Below are positions 18,209 to 27,546 of a DNA stretch of 64,000 nt, one piece after another. Positions within the stretch are counted from its first letter, which is position 1. Every line of letters starts with the position of its first letter. Under the pieces are notes generated by a model. The model did not search any database. It was not told the DNA's origin and worked only from the letters and a program-made list of their open reading frames with translations. The stretch lies in contig CAYXDC010000002.1 of the NCBI GenBank assembly GCA_964463505.1, positions 28,452 through 92,451 on the forward strand. The letters run 5' to 3'. The position numbers and the translations under genes were made by a program. This stretch comes from an uncultured Anaerolineaceae bacterium (lineage in GTDB: Bacteria > Chloroflexota > Anaerolineae > Anaerolineales > UBA4823).

Positions 18209-19345
18209 GTGAGCCGGATTGCGCGTGTGGAAGTTGGTCGCTATGATTATGTCTTTGCCGGGGCATTTAAATTCTTCAAACCCGGAAAAGATGGAGTGGT
18301 CCGCCGTCCAACCGTGTTTGTCCGCCTGACCGATGAGGCTGGCTTGCAGGGTTGGGGACAGGCTGTGCCAGTGCCCACCTGGACTTACGAGACGGTTGAG
18401 ACTGTGGAAAGCACCTTAACTAACTACCTGGCTGAGGCAGTGCTGGGCGCGGACCCAGATGACCTTTCCGAGGTCCACCGGCGCATGGACTATGCTATCC
18501 GTCCGGGGTTCTCAACCGGACAGCCGATCGCCAAAGCTGCCCTGGACCTGGCTTGCTACGATCTGGTTGGGAAGCGGGAAGGCGTTCCCGTCGCCAATCT
18601 CTTGGGTGGAGCCCGCCGCGATGCAATTCGCTTGAATTGGACTTTAAATGCTCTCACATTGGCGGAGGCTGAAATCCAATTGGAAAAAGCACGCATCGGC
18701 GGTTTTGGCCACTTCAACATCAAAGTTGGTCCACCACAAACACCGGAATATGACTTGGAGTTGGTGCGCCTTGTGCGTCGGGAATTCCCCGATACATTCC
18801 TGTGGGTGGATGCCAATACCGGCTATCGCCTGGAGACCGCTCTTGACATGCTGCCAAAATTTGCCGCAATGGGCGTTCAGGCAATTGAATCTCCCCTACC
18901 TCCTAACCAATTACGTGGCTATCAGGCACTAAAGAAAAATGGCGCGGTGCCCATCTATATGGATGAAGGTATTATTTCACCAGTAGAGACGGCCGAGTTC
19001 ATCGCTTTGGAGATGTTCGACGGAGTGACCTTGAAGCATGCGCGGTCGGGTGGCTTGTGGCAAGCTCAACAGATTATTCGCCTGGTTAAAGAGGCCGGGT
19101 TGCAATTGCTTGGCTCTGGCCTCACCGATCCGGATTTATCATTGGCAGCCGCGTTGCATTTGTATGCCTGGGCAGATATCGACCGTCCATGCGCTTTAAA
19201 TGGACCACAGTTTATTGGCGAGACCCTGGTAAAGGATGGCTACAGTATTCAAGGTGACTTGATCTTCCTTCCCACCGGGCCTGGTCTGGGGATTGAATTG
19301 GACGAGAAAGCCCATTCGGTCCTGCGCGTTGCAGCGGAAGCCTAA
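18209..19345 (+). CDS. Enolase-superfamily enzyme, muconate cycloisomerase (MLE) subgroup
   Basis: GWGQA, AALDLACYDLVGK, FNIKVG, VDAN, IESP, MDEG, LKHARSGG, PTGPGLG. Confidence 0.88.
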   Translation: MSRIARVEVGRYDYVFAGAFKFFKPGKDGVVRRPTVFVRLTDEAGLQGWGQAVPVPTWTYETVETVESTLTNYLAEAVLGADPDDLSEVHRRMDYAIRPGFSTGQPIAKAALDLACYDLVGKREGVPVANLLGGARRDAIRLNWTLNALTLAEAEIQLEKARIGGFGHFNIKVGPPQTPEYDLELVRLVRREFPDTFLWVDANTGYRLETALDMLPKFAAMGVQAIESPLPPNQLRGYQALKKNGAVPIYMDEGIISPVETAEFIALEMFDGVTLKHARSGGLWQAQQIIRLVKEAGLQLLGSGLTDPDLSLAAALHLYAWADIDRPCALNGPQFIGETLVKDGYSIQGDLIFLPTGPGLGIELDEKAHSVLRVAAEA

Positions 19346-19354
19346 AGGTTAACC

Positions 19355-20821
19355 ATGCAGAATCTGACCGTAGCGCTGAAGCACACATCCCGAACACTCC
19401 ATAACTTGCAGACGCGCATTCCTTTTCGCTACGGATTTGCTACTCTGACAGCTTTTCCCCATCTTGTTCTTGAAGCGACATTTGAAATCAATGGCACACT
19501 CCAGAAAGGCTGGTCTGCTGAGAGCCTGATCCCGAAATGGTTCACTAAGGACCCTGACACAGAGTTTTCGGACGATCTAGTGGATATGCTTGCGGTAATC
19601 CGCCAGGCGGGTGTTTTCGCTGTCCGGATTGGGACTGCACCGAGCCTGTTTACCTGGTGGTGGGATCTTTACCATATCCAAAAGCGATGGGGAGAGAGAC
19701 ACGGCTATCCGGCGTTGCTCTGGAACCTGGGCGTCAGCTTATTGGAGAGAGCTGCGATCGATGCCTATTGTAGGGCTGGTAGGATCACCTTTGCCGCTGG
19801 GTTGCGTGAAAATGCCTATGGCATCCAACTCGGTCAGGTACACCCCATTTTGGAGAATAGCCAGCCAGTCGATTGGCTGCCAGCCCTGCCGCTCGAGCAG
19901 ATCAGTGTACGCCATACTGTCGGCCTGGCGGATTGTCTCACAGAGAGTGAAATCCCCCAAGCAGAGCGTAACCAGGATGATCTACCGCGGTCTTTGGAAG
20001 CTGCGATAGCTGCTTATCAGTTGCGTTATTTTAAAATCAAACTCTCCGGTGATGGATCGACAGACTTACACCGTTTAGCACAAATTGCTGCACTCTTACA
20101 CGGCATTGGGTTGGCAGACTACCAGTTCACTCTGGATGGCAATGAGCAGTTCCATCAGTCGACTGATTTTCTGGATTTTTGGCAGTCTTTACTAGATGCC
20201 ACCACTCTGGCAGACTTTCTCACGCATCTACTGTATGTCGAACAGCCTCTCCATCGCTCAGTTGCTCTGGATGAGCGTACCCGCCAGGCGTTTCTAAATT
20301 GGGAGGCGCGGCCACCCATCATCATCGATGAATCAGATAGCGACCTCACAAGCCTGGTACGGGCGATTGAATGTGGTTATGTGGGGACCAGCCATAAGAA
20401 TTGCAAGGGGGTTTTCAAAGGCATCGCCAATGCTTGCTTATTGGAAGCTCTGCGCCGGCAGAATCCTGACCAGCTCTTTCTGTTGAGTGGTGAGGACCTA
20501 GTCAATGTCGGACCGCTGGCTTTGCAACAAGATTTGGCAGTAATGGCATCATTGGGTATTGTGCACGTAGAACGCAACGGTCAACATTATTTCAATGGCT
20601 TGAGTGGTTTTCCTGCTTCGGCTCAGGCGGCGGTCCTGGCTTGCCACCCCGACTTATATCGAGAGCACCCGGCTGGTTATCCCGTCTTAAGGATTGAAGA
20701 TGGGGCTATCTCCACTCAGAGTATTAATACTGCCCCATTTGGATTATGCGTAGAGCTTGACACTGCTGAATTTACACCGGAAGAGGAGTGGGAATTTACC
20801 TCACTCGGTCTCCCAATATAG
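19355..20821 (+). CDS. Divergent enolase-superfamily (mandelate racemase/MLE-like) protein
   Basis: TRIPFRYG N-terminus, YFKIKL, LDGNEQ, YVEQP, IIDES, SHKNCKG, HVERNG. Confidence 0.75.
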   Translation: MQNLTVALKHTSRTLHNLQTRIPFRYGFATLTAFPHLVLEATFEINGTLQKGWSAESLIPKWFTKDPDTEFSDDLVDMLAVIRQAGVFAVRIGTAPSLFTWWWDLYHIQKRWGERHGYPALLWNLGVSLLERAAIDAYCRAGRITFAAGLRENAYGIQLGQVHPILENSQPVDWLPALPLEQISVRHTVGLADCLTESEIPQAERNQDDLPRSLEAAIAAYQLRYFKIKLSGDGSTDLHRLAQIAALLHGIGLADYQFTLDGNEQFHQSTDFLDFWQSLLDATTLADFLTHLLYVEQPLHRSVALDERTRQAFLNWEARPPIIIDESDSDLTSLVRAIECGYVGTSHKNCKGVFKGIANACLLEALRRQNPDQLFLLSGEDLVNVGPLALQQDLAVMASLGIVHVERNGQHYFNGLSGFPASAQAAVLACHPDLYREHPAGYPVLRIEDGAISTQSINTAPFGLCVELDTAEFTPEEEWEFTSLGLPI

Positions 20822-20839
20822 AAGAAAAGGATTAAACCC

Positions 20840-21667
20840 ATGGAAAAACCTGTAAATGAAACTTCTCAATTGAAAAAGAGTGAATTTATGGAAAATCTCA
20901 AGAACCGTTTGATGCCTTTCATTGGTATCTTTGGATTCCTGCTGATCTGGGAACTGGCAGTAATTGTGTTCGATATAAAAAGTTATTTGCTCCCCAGGCC
21001 GACCATGATTGTGCAAGAAGTCATTGTTCGGTTTGATTCTTTGATGAGTCATGGCGCGACAACGGCGTATGAAACCTTGCTTGGTTATGCCCTGGCGATC
21101 GCAATCGCTGTTCCTCTGGCAATAGGGATTACCTCATCGGCGGCTTTTGACCGCTTTATTATGCCGATCCTGCTGTTTTTCCAGGTGGTTCCAAAAATTG
21201 CAATTGCGCCCTTGTTCCTGATCTGGTTCGGTTTTGGCACGATGCCAAAAGTGATGGTTGCTTTCTTGATCTCGTTCTTTCCTATTGTGATTGATACTGC
21301 TGTAGGATTGCGCTCAATCTCTTCGGAGATGATTGACCTGGCGCGTTCCATGGGCGCTACCAAATCACAAATATTCCTACGCTTCCGCTTACCCACCAGC
21401 CTACCCTATCTATTCAGTGGTTTGAAGGTTGCCGCTACACTGGCAGTGGTAGGTGCAGTGGTGGGTGAATTCGTCGGAGCAGACCGTGGTCTGGGGTATT
21501 TATTACTCGTATCTAATTCAAATCTGAATACCGCCTTGACTTTTGCCACCATCGTTGTCCTTACGGCTCAAGGATTGTTTCTATTCTATGTAATTGAGAT
21601 CCTGGAACGTTTCATGATCCCATGGCACGTTTCTCGCCGGACGACCCCTGAACATGCGACGATGTAA
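20840..21667 (+). CDS. ABC transporter permease, NitT/TauT/SsuC family
   Basis: FQVVPKIAIAPLFLIWFGFG, EAA-like 'IDLARSMGATKSQIFLRFRLPTSLPYLFSGLK', GEFVGADRGLG. Confidence 0.92.
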   Translation: MEKPVNETSQLKKSEFMENLKNRLMPFIGIFGFLLIWELAVIVFDIKSYLLPRPTMIVQEVIVRFDSLMSHGATTAYETLLGYALAIAIAVPLAIGITSSAAFDRFIMPILLFFQVVPKIAIAPLFLIWFGFGTMPKVMVAFLISFFPIVIDTAVGLRSISSEMIDLARSMGATKSQIFLRFRLPTSLPYLFSGLKVAATLAVVGAVVGEFVGADRGLGYLLLVSNSNLNTALTFATIVVLTAQGLFLFYVIEILERFMIPWHVSRRTTPEHATM

Positions 21668-21776
21668 GGCAAAATTTGGTGGAAGGAGGTGATTTTGCGA
21701 CAATCGAATTACATAGTTGTCTGTCTTAGGTCAAAACCATATACAAAATACTGATTACCTTGAGGAGACTCTGCAC

Positions 21777-22835
21777 ATGAAGAAAGTTAATGTCCTTCGT
21801 TTGTTCGCGGCGCTCATGATCGTGGCGCTGATCGCGGGCTGCGCTCCGCAGCCTGCTGCTACCCCAGTAGCAACTGAGGAACCAGCGGAAGAGTTGGTAA
21901 AAGTCGACTTTCGCCTGAATTGGACTCTTTATGGCGAACATGCCCCGTTCTTCCTGGGTGTTGATAAAGGCTTTTACTTAGAAGAGGGCTTGGATGTAAC
22001 AATCTTGGAAGGCAGTGGTTCAGCCACAGTTGTGAAGCTGATTGGCAATGGCACCAATGTGATTGGTTATGCTGACTCAGCAACCATGCTGCGCGGCATC
22101 AGCGCCGGCGTGCCGGTGAAGGCGGTGGCAGTCACCTTCCAGTCTAGTCCGATGGCCTTCATCTATCGCCAGGATGCTGCCCGACCGACCACCATCGAAG
22201 AAGTAAAAGGTACTAAGATCGCCATCACCGCAGGTGATGCCAGTCTGGCGATCCTGGAAGCCTGTCTGGGTCGCAATAACATGACTATGGAAGACGTTCA
22301 ATTAATCCAGGTCTCGAACCCGGCTTCTAAAGAAACCGCAGTGCTAGAAGGCCAGACGGATGCGTTCCTCGGATATTTTGTTGATCAACCGATGCGTATG
22401 GAGAAGGTTACCGGCGTAGATATGGGTTGGTCTAAACTGGTTGATCTTTGCGATGTAAATACCCTGAGCAGCGCCATCATCGCCAATAACTTCTATGCCG
22501 AACAGAACCCGGAAGTAATTGCCAAGTTCGTGCGCGCTTCTCAACGCGCCTGGCAATACACCTTGGATCACCCCGAAGAAGCGGCTGAAATCTTCTCCCA
22601 GCACGCTGAGGCTTTTGATGTTCCTCTGTCGTTGGCCGAAATCGAAGGCTCTTTGACCTTGATGCACACTGCCAACAGTGAAGGGAAGCCGATTGGTTGG
22701 TCTGCTCCGGAAGATTGGACTGCCACCCAGGACGTTCTGGCTCAATACGCTGGATTCAAGCCTGAAGAGGATATCAACGTTTTCTTCACCAATGAGTTCA
22801 TCTCCGAACCTCCCTATTTGCCTCCAGCGGAATAA
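21777..22835 (+). CDS. ABC substrate-binding lipoprotein, NMT1/THI5-like (NitT/TauT family)
   Basis: Lipobox LIAGC after a basic + hydrophobic signal; FRLNWTLYGEHAPFFLGVDKGFYLEEGLDV; EGSGS. ATG 21777 after GAGGAG. Confidence 0.9.
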   Translation: MKKVNVLRLFAALMIVALIAGCAPQPAATPVATEEPAEELVKVDFRLNWTLYGEHAPFFLGVDKGFYLEEGLDVTILEGSGSATVVKLIGNGTNVIGYADSATMLRGISAGVPVKAVAVTFQSSPMAFIYRQDAARPTTIEEVKGTKIAITAGDASLAILEACLGRNNMTMEDVQLIQVSNPASKETAVLEGQTDAFLGYFVDQPMRMEKVTGVDMGWSKLVDLCDVNTLSSAIIANNFYAEQNPEVIAKFVRASQRAWQYTLDHPEEAAEIFSQHAEAFDVPLSLAEIEGSLTLMHTANSEGKPIGWSAPEDWTATQDVLAQYAGFKPEEDINVFFTNEFISEPPYLPPAE

Positions 22836-22854
22836 GGATTTCATAACCTGTTAC

Positions 22855-22891
22855 GGTTCTCCCCATAGGCCGAAATCCTGTGGGGAGAACC
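22855..22891 (+). promoter_or_regulatory. 15-bp stem-loop between the SBP and ATPase genes (mRNA stability/attenuation element)
   Basis: GGTTCTCCCCATAGG (22855-22869) pairs with CCTGTGGGGAGAACC (22877-22891) with one G-U pair. No U-tract follows. Confidence 0.7.
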
Positions 22892-22909
22892 CTCCAAGAG
22901 AAGATCAAG

Positions 22910-23686
22910 ATGACTGAACCCTATATTCGCTTGCAAAATGTCGAGAAAGTCTACCAGACGAAAGACAACCCAACCCTAGCGGTAGAGAATGCTGACTTTG
23001 ACATTCAAAAATCTCAGTTCATAGCTATTGTGGGTCCCAGCGGCTGTGGCAAGACCACCATTCTTAAAATGTTGGCTGGGTTGGTTCCCTATACTTCCGG
23101 GTTGATTACGATCGACGGAAATAAAGTTAACCGGCCACAGACGGATCTCGGTATTATCTTCCAGGATTCAGTTCTGCTGGACTGGCGAGATGTGCTCTCG
23201 AATGTTATGTTGCAGATTGAAATCCGCGGGCTGGATCAAAACATTTATGCACCGCGGGCACATGAACTGCTGAAAGCGGTTGGGCTGGATGGATTTGAAA
23301 CCAAGAAACCCTATGAGCTTTCGGGTGGAATGAGACAACGCGTAGCAATCTGCCGAGCGCTGGTCCATGATCCGCCGCTTCTATTGATGGATGAGCCATT
23401 CGGTGCGTTGGATGCCCTAACCCGTGAGCAGATTTCGATGGATATTCAGCACCTGTGGATGGAAAAGCGCAAAACGGCCTTACTGATCACGCATAGTATC
23501 CCCGAGGCGGTCCTCCTGGCTGATCGGGTGATCGTCATGAGTCCGCACCCCGGACGTATTGTTGAAATCATTGATATTGATCTACCGCGCCCACGCCGCC
23601 TGGACCAATTACCAGAACGGTTTAATGACTACACCGGTCACATTCGGAAGATTTTCCAGGCTTCAGGTGTTTTAGCGCTGGATTAA
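22910..23686 (+). CDS. ABC transporter ATP-binding protein, NitT/TauT family
   Basis: GPSGCGKT, LSGGMRQR, LLMDEPFGALDALTRE, ITHSIPEAVLLADRV. Confidence 0.93.
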   Translation: MTEPYIRLQNVEKVYQTKDNPTLAVENADFDIQKSQFIAIVGPSGCGKTTILKMLAGLVPYTSGLITIDGNKVNRPQTDLGIIFQDSVLLDWRDVLSNVMLQIEIRGLDQNIYAPRAHELLKAVGLDGFETKKPYELSGGMRQRVAICRALVHDPPLLLMDEPFGALDALTREQISMDIQHLWMEKRKTALLITHSIPEAVLLADRVIVMSPHPGRIVEIIDIDLPRPRRLDQLPERFNDYTGHIRKIFQASGVLALD

Positions 23687-23705
23687 GTACATAATTGAGG
23701 GAAGT

Positions 23706-24050
23706 ATGGCGAACTATTTGGTCGAGCAGATGGAGGACATCGGAACCATCCGCTGTCCCTGTGGTTTTACGCGGCGGGCGTTTGTAAATACGGAAAATGA
23801 TATAGCCACCCTGCATCTGCTGGATGTCGATGAAGACGCCCGCGTGCATTTCCACGAAACCCTGACCGAGATATATCTGATACTGGAGGGCGAAGGCATG
23901 CTGGAGTTGGACGGTGAGCAGGTCCCCGTAAAGCCAATGACCGCAGTGATGATCAAGCCCGGTTGCCGCCATCGTGCAGTTGGCAAGCTGCGAGTTGCTT
24001 TGGTGGCAATTCCGGCATTTAACCCCGCAGATGAGTGGTTTGACGAGTAA
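23706..24050 (+). CDS. Cupin-domain protein with an N-terminal CPCG motif
   Basis: Cupin motifs HFHETLTEIYLILEGEG and IKPGCRH; RCPCGFTRRAF at the N-terminus. Confidence 0.85.
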   Translation: MANYLVEQMEDIGTIRCPCGFTRRAFVNTENDIATLHLLDVDEDARVHFHETLTEIYLILEGEGMLELDGEQVPVKPMTAVMIKPGCRHRAVGKLRVALVAIPAFNPADEWFDE

Positions 24051-25272
24051 GCAGGCTGCGCAAAGATTAGATGTGCCGGCAACACTGCCCAAACTGGCAG
24101 CTACGCGGCGTTGGTACCATGTAGCAGGAGCGTGGCTGGGCATTGGCACTTCGCCAGGGGCGTTGCTCCTGGGCGCTGGTCTGGCAGCTCGCTATGGCGG
24201 TCCAGTGCCGCTGATTTCGATTCTGCTGAGCGCGCTGTTCATGTTTATCTTGTTGTGGTTCCAGGGTTCATTGGGTCTGGCACGCCCTTTGGGAGAAGGA
24301 TGCAATCTCAACCAAATCACCCCGCGTTATTTTGGAGTTGGCACGCAGCGAATGGTAGGTGCAGTAATTGCTCTGGGGATGGTCGGGTGGCTAGGTTTTA
24401 ATATTGGTCTGGGTGGTGCAGCACTGGGCGCCTTGTTGCGCTTGCCGGATGCGGCTGGGGCATTACTCTTGGGCTTGCCGATTGTCGCATTTTCCTTACG
24501 CGGGTTGCATAGTTGGAATCGCCTGGCAAGCCTGACCACACTGGCAGTTCTGGCTTTGGTGGGTATCATTGTTTCGCTACTGGCTGCGCGGACCATGCCG
24601 GTAACGTTTACCCTGCCGACCCCAGTTGGGTTGGTGACGGATGTTGCGGTTTTTGTAGGCTATATATCGGTATTCACGGTCCGCGCCCCAGATTTCACGG
24701 TTGGTTTACCCTCTCGACGGGATTTATTAGCAGTTGAAGGCTTGTTGATTATCCCAATTTTGCTCATAGCACTGGCGGGAGTCGGCTTGCAGCAAGGGAC
24801 CGGCTCAGCCGACCTGGTGGGAATTCTTGCCGAACCAGGCGGCCTGGCAATTGGCAATCTTCTGGTAGCGATCTCTATCATTGCGCCTACTTTTACCGCT
24901 TTATATTCTGGAGCACCTGCTTTGCAGGCGGCATTCCCAATGCAAGAACGACTGGCAATGCTGATCGTTACCAGCATCGGATTGACTCTGGCAATCCTGC
25001 GTTTTGATCTCAAATTACTGCCTTGGGTGACGGTACTGGCTGCCATGCTGCCCCCCTTGGTTGTACCTCTGGCAGTTGAATCAACCCGCCGCCGGCGGGG
25101 TAATCCCGATCGTTTGATCCCTTTATGGGTCTGGGCGCCGGGTGCATTGTTCTCAATGTTGTTATCCTTGATGCATAATCCCCTCGCCCCTTTGGTGGGG
25201 TTTTTAGTTACTGCCCTGGCAACGGCTAGCTGGTATTTTTTCTCCAGAAGGCGGTTGGAACGCGCCACCTGA
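24031..25272 (+). CDS. Purine/cytosine permease-like (NCS1/APC fold) transporter
   Basis: About 12 hydrophobic segments; 'WLGIGTSPGALLLG', 'GMVGWLGFN', 'APDFT', 'ALYSGA' resemble CodB-type permeases. Start uncertain (ATG 24031 or TTG 24040). Confidence 0.65.
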   Translation: MSGLTSKQAAQRLDVPATLPKLAATRRWYHVAGAWLGIGTSPGALLLGAGLAARYGGPVPLISILLSALFMFILLWFQGSLGLARPLGEGCNLNQITPRYFGVGTQRMVGAVIALGMVGWLGFNIGLGGAALGALLRLPDAAGALLLGLPIVAFSLRGLHSWNRLASLTTLAVLALVGIIVSLLAARTMPVTFTLPTPVGLVTDVAVFVGYISVFTVRAPDFTVGLPSRRDLLAVEGLLIIPILLIALAGVGLQQGTGSADLVGILAEPGGLAIGNLLVAISIIAPTFTALYSGAPALQAAFPMQERLAMLIVTSIGLTLAILRFDLKLLPWVTVLAAMLPPLVVPLAVESTRRRRGNPDRLIPLWVWAPGALFSMLLSLMHNPLAPLVGFLVTALATASWYFFSRRRLERAT

Positions 25273-25293
25273 TCTGCTAGATTAGAAAAGGAT

Positions 25294-26337
25294 ATGGTAC
25301 TTCCCATGAAAATTGATCAATGGCAAACCTTGCAACGCTGCGCACGTATGGAAGACCCTGGTGCGATCCCAGTGGCGCTGATCGTCGACTCCCCCTGGAT
25401 ACCGGGCTATTTGGGCATTTCGACCCTTGATTACCTGGGCAACCCGGAAATTTGGTTGCAAGCAAACCTGGAAGTGGAACAGCGTTTTCCAGATGTGATT
25501 TTCATGCCCGGTTTTTGGGCTGAAATGGGGATGGCAGCGGAGCCAAGTGGTTTTGGCTGCCGGATGAGTTTCTATGATGACCGCACGCCCCTGGTCCATC
25601 CGTTGCTCGATTCATTAGAGGATGTAGATCAGTTGCACCAGCCTGATCCAACCAGCGATGGGCTAATGCCATTCCTGCTAAACAAGATGCGAAAATTTGA
25701 GCCGCGTATACAGGATGCCGGACATGTCGTGAAAATTGTGGCCGCCCGTGGTCCGCTCGCAGTGGCCTCGCACCTATTGGGGATGACCAACTTCTTGTTG
25801 GGTGTTAAATTGGATCCAGCCAATACCCACCGCCTGTTACGGATTGCCACCCAGACGGTACGTGACTGGTTAGAAGCCCAAGCGAATGCTCTTACTGCCG
25901 CTGAAGGCGTAATGCTCCTGGATGATGTAGTAGGCTTCCTAAGCGAGAAGGACTATCTGGAATTTGCCCATCCTTATTTGAAAGAAATCCTGGATGCGTT
26001 TCCAGGTGCAGTAAAATTTTTTCATAATGATATGGATACAACTGTATCGTTCTCCCATCTGGCAGACCTTGGCATTCATATATTTAATTTCACTCACCTG
26101 CGCAGCCTGGATCGAGTAAGGCAATTGGTCGGGCCGCGGGTCTGTTTGATGGGGAATGTCCCCCCCTTGGATGTGTTGGCGCGTGGCACCCCGCAAGATG
26201 TGTTGCAAGCTGGGCACACCTGCCTGAAACTACACCCGGATCGGCGTGGTTTGATTCTCTCAGCCGGAGGTGGGGTTTCACCAGGTGTCCCGGGTGAGAA
26301 TATCCTGGCCCTATTGGATGCAGTCAGCCAGAGATAA
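25294..26337 (+). CDS. Uroporphyrinogen decarboxylase/MtaA-superfamily protein lacking the Zn-Cys ligands
   Basis: MAAEPSGFGC, ARGPLAVAS, LLDDVVG, FAHPYLKEI, CLMGNVPP, GTPQDV. FFHND and SAGGG stand where HxC and GC are expected. Confidence 0.82.
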   Translation: MVLPMKIDQWQTLQRCARMEDPGAIPVALIVDSPWIPGYLGISTLDYLGNPEIWLQANLEVEQRFPDVIFMPGFWAEMGMAAEPSGFGCRMSFYDDRTPLVHPLLDSLEDVDQLHQPDPTSDGLMPFLLNKMRKFEPRIQDAGHVVKIVAARGPLAVASHLLGMTNFLLGVKLDPANTHRLLRIATQTVRDWLEAQANALTAAEGVMLLDDVVGFLSEKDYLEFAHPYLKEILDAFPGAVKFFHNDMDTTVSFSHLADLGIHIFNFTHLRSLDRVRQLVGPRVCLMGNVPPLDVLARGTPQDVLQAGHTCLKLHPDRRGLILSAGGGVSPGVPGENILALLDAVSQR

Positions 26338-26350
26338 GGAGATAGCTGGG

Positions 26351-27517
26351 ATGATTAAAGTTGCAATCATTGGCTGCGGTGCGATCGCGGACAGCCATAT
26401 ACGTGCCTACCAGAAATTTCCGGCTGAATGTCAGATCGTCGCCCTGGTAGATCTGTATCCAGAGAAAGCTGCCCAAAAGGCACAAGCCTACCAATTAGAA
26501 GCCGCGGTTTACGGCGATTACCAGAACTTGATTGTGGAGCAAGCAGTCGATCTAGTATCGATCTGTCTACCACCCTTTGCCCATGCACCAGCAACCATTG
26601 ATCTACTGAATGCAGGTGTGCATGTGCTGATAGAAAAACCGATGGCAACCTCAGTCGAAGAATGTGACGCGATGGTTCGGGCAGCAGACGCCAATCAGCG
26701 CCTGCTATCGGTTGTGGCTCAGAATCGATTCCAGACCCCGGTCCTGAAGTTGAAACAGGTGCTTGATTCTGGGCGAATAGGGAAGTTGTTACATGCTCAG
26801 GTTGACTCCTTCTGGTGGCGCGGGCCGAGTTACTATGATCTGTGGTGGCGTGGCACCTGGGAGAAAGAGGGCGGCGGTTGTACGATGAACCACGCCGTTC
26901 ACCATATCGATCTATTTCAGTGGATGATGGGCATGCCGAATGAACTTCAAGCGGTAATTGCCAATCTGGCCCATGAAAATTCGGAAGTGGAAGACTTCTC
27001 GCAGACCACATTCTATTATCCCGATGGGCGCATGGGTGTGTTGACCGCCTCACTGGTGCATCATGGAGAGGAACAGCAAATGCTATTCCAGGGAGAGCGG
27101 GCTGCGGTGGGGATGCCCTGGAAGGTGCGCGCTTCTCACCCGCGCCCGAATGGCTTCCCAGATGAAGATACTCAGTTAATCGCCGAGTTACAGGCATATT
27201 TTTCCCAATTGCCTGAGATAACACATATATTGCACGATGGCCAGATTGCGAATGTCCTGGCAGCGATCAGAGGCGAGCAACCACTCCTGTTGGATGGGCG
27301 CGAAGGCCGTAAGACAATTGAATTGGTTATGGCGATCTACCAATCAGCCAGTTTAGGACAGCGGGTTAAGCTGCCGCTTACCCCGTTAGACCCCTTCTAC
27401 ACTCGCCAGGGAGCGCTGGCAAACGCACCCCATTTTCATGCAAAAACCAGCAGTGTGGAAAATTTCACTGACAACAATATCACCTTCGGGCGGGATTTCA
27501 ACTCAAAGCAAGTCTGA
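26351..27517 (+). CDS. Gfo/Idh/MocA-family oxidoreductase
   Basis: VAIIGCGAIA, HVLIEKPMA, VVAQNRF, GGGCTMNHAVHHID. ATG 26351 after AAGGAG. Confidence 0.92.
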   Translation: MIKVAIIGCGAIADSHIRAYQKFPAECQIVALVDLYPEKAAQKAQAYQLEAAVYGDYQNLIVEQAVDLVSICLPPFAHAPATIDLLNAGVHVLIEKPMATSVEECDAMVRAADANQRLLSVVAQNRFQTPVLKLKQVLDSGRIGKLLHAQVDSFWWRGPSYYDLWWRGTWEKEGGGCTMNHAVHHIDLFQWMMGMPNELQAVIANLAHENSEVEDFSQTTFYYPDGRMGVLTASLVHHGEEQQMLFQGERAAVGMPWKVRASHPRPNGFPDEDTQLIAELQAYFSQLPEITHILHDGQIANVLAAIRGEQPLLLDGREGRKTIELVMAIYQSASLGQRVKLPLTPLDPFYTRQGALANAPHFHAKTSSVENFTDNNITFGRDFNSKQV

Positions 27518-27546
27518 ACTGTACGCAGTTTTAGGGAGGATTCATC

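Noticed and set aside
25294-26337. Call as HemE (uroporphyrinogen decarboxylase)
   Set aside because: Lacks the RQAGR motif and heme-pathway context; only the superfamily fold is supported.
26367-27224. 285-aa minus-strand ORF from the ORF track
   Set aside because: Lies antisense within a clear Gfo/Idh/MocA gene; no motifs or SD, so a shadow ORF.
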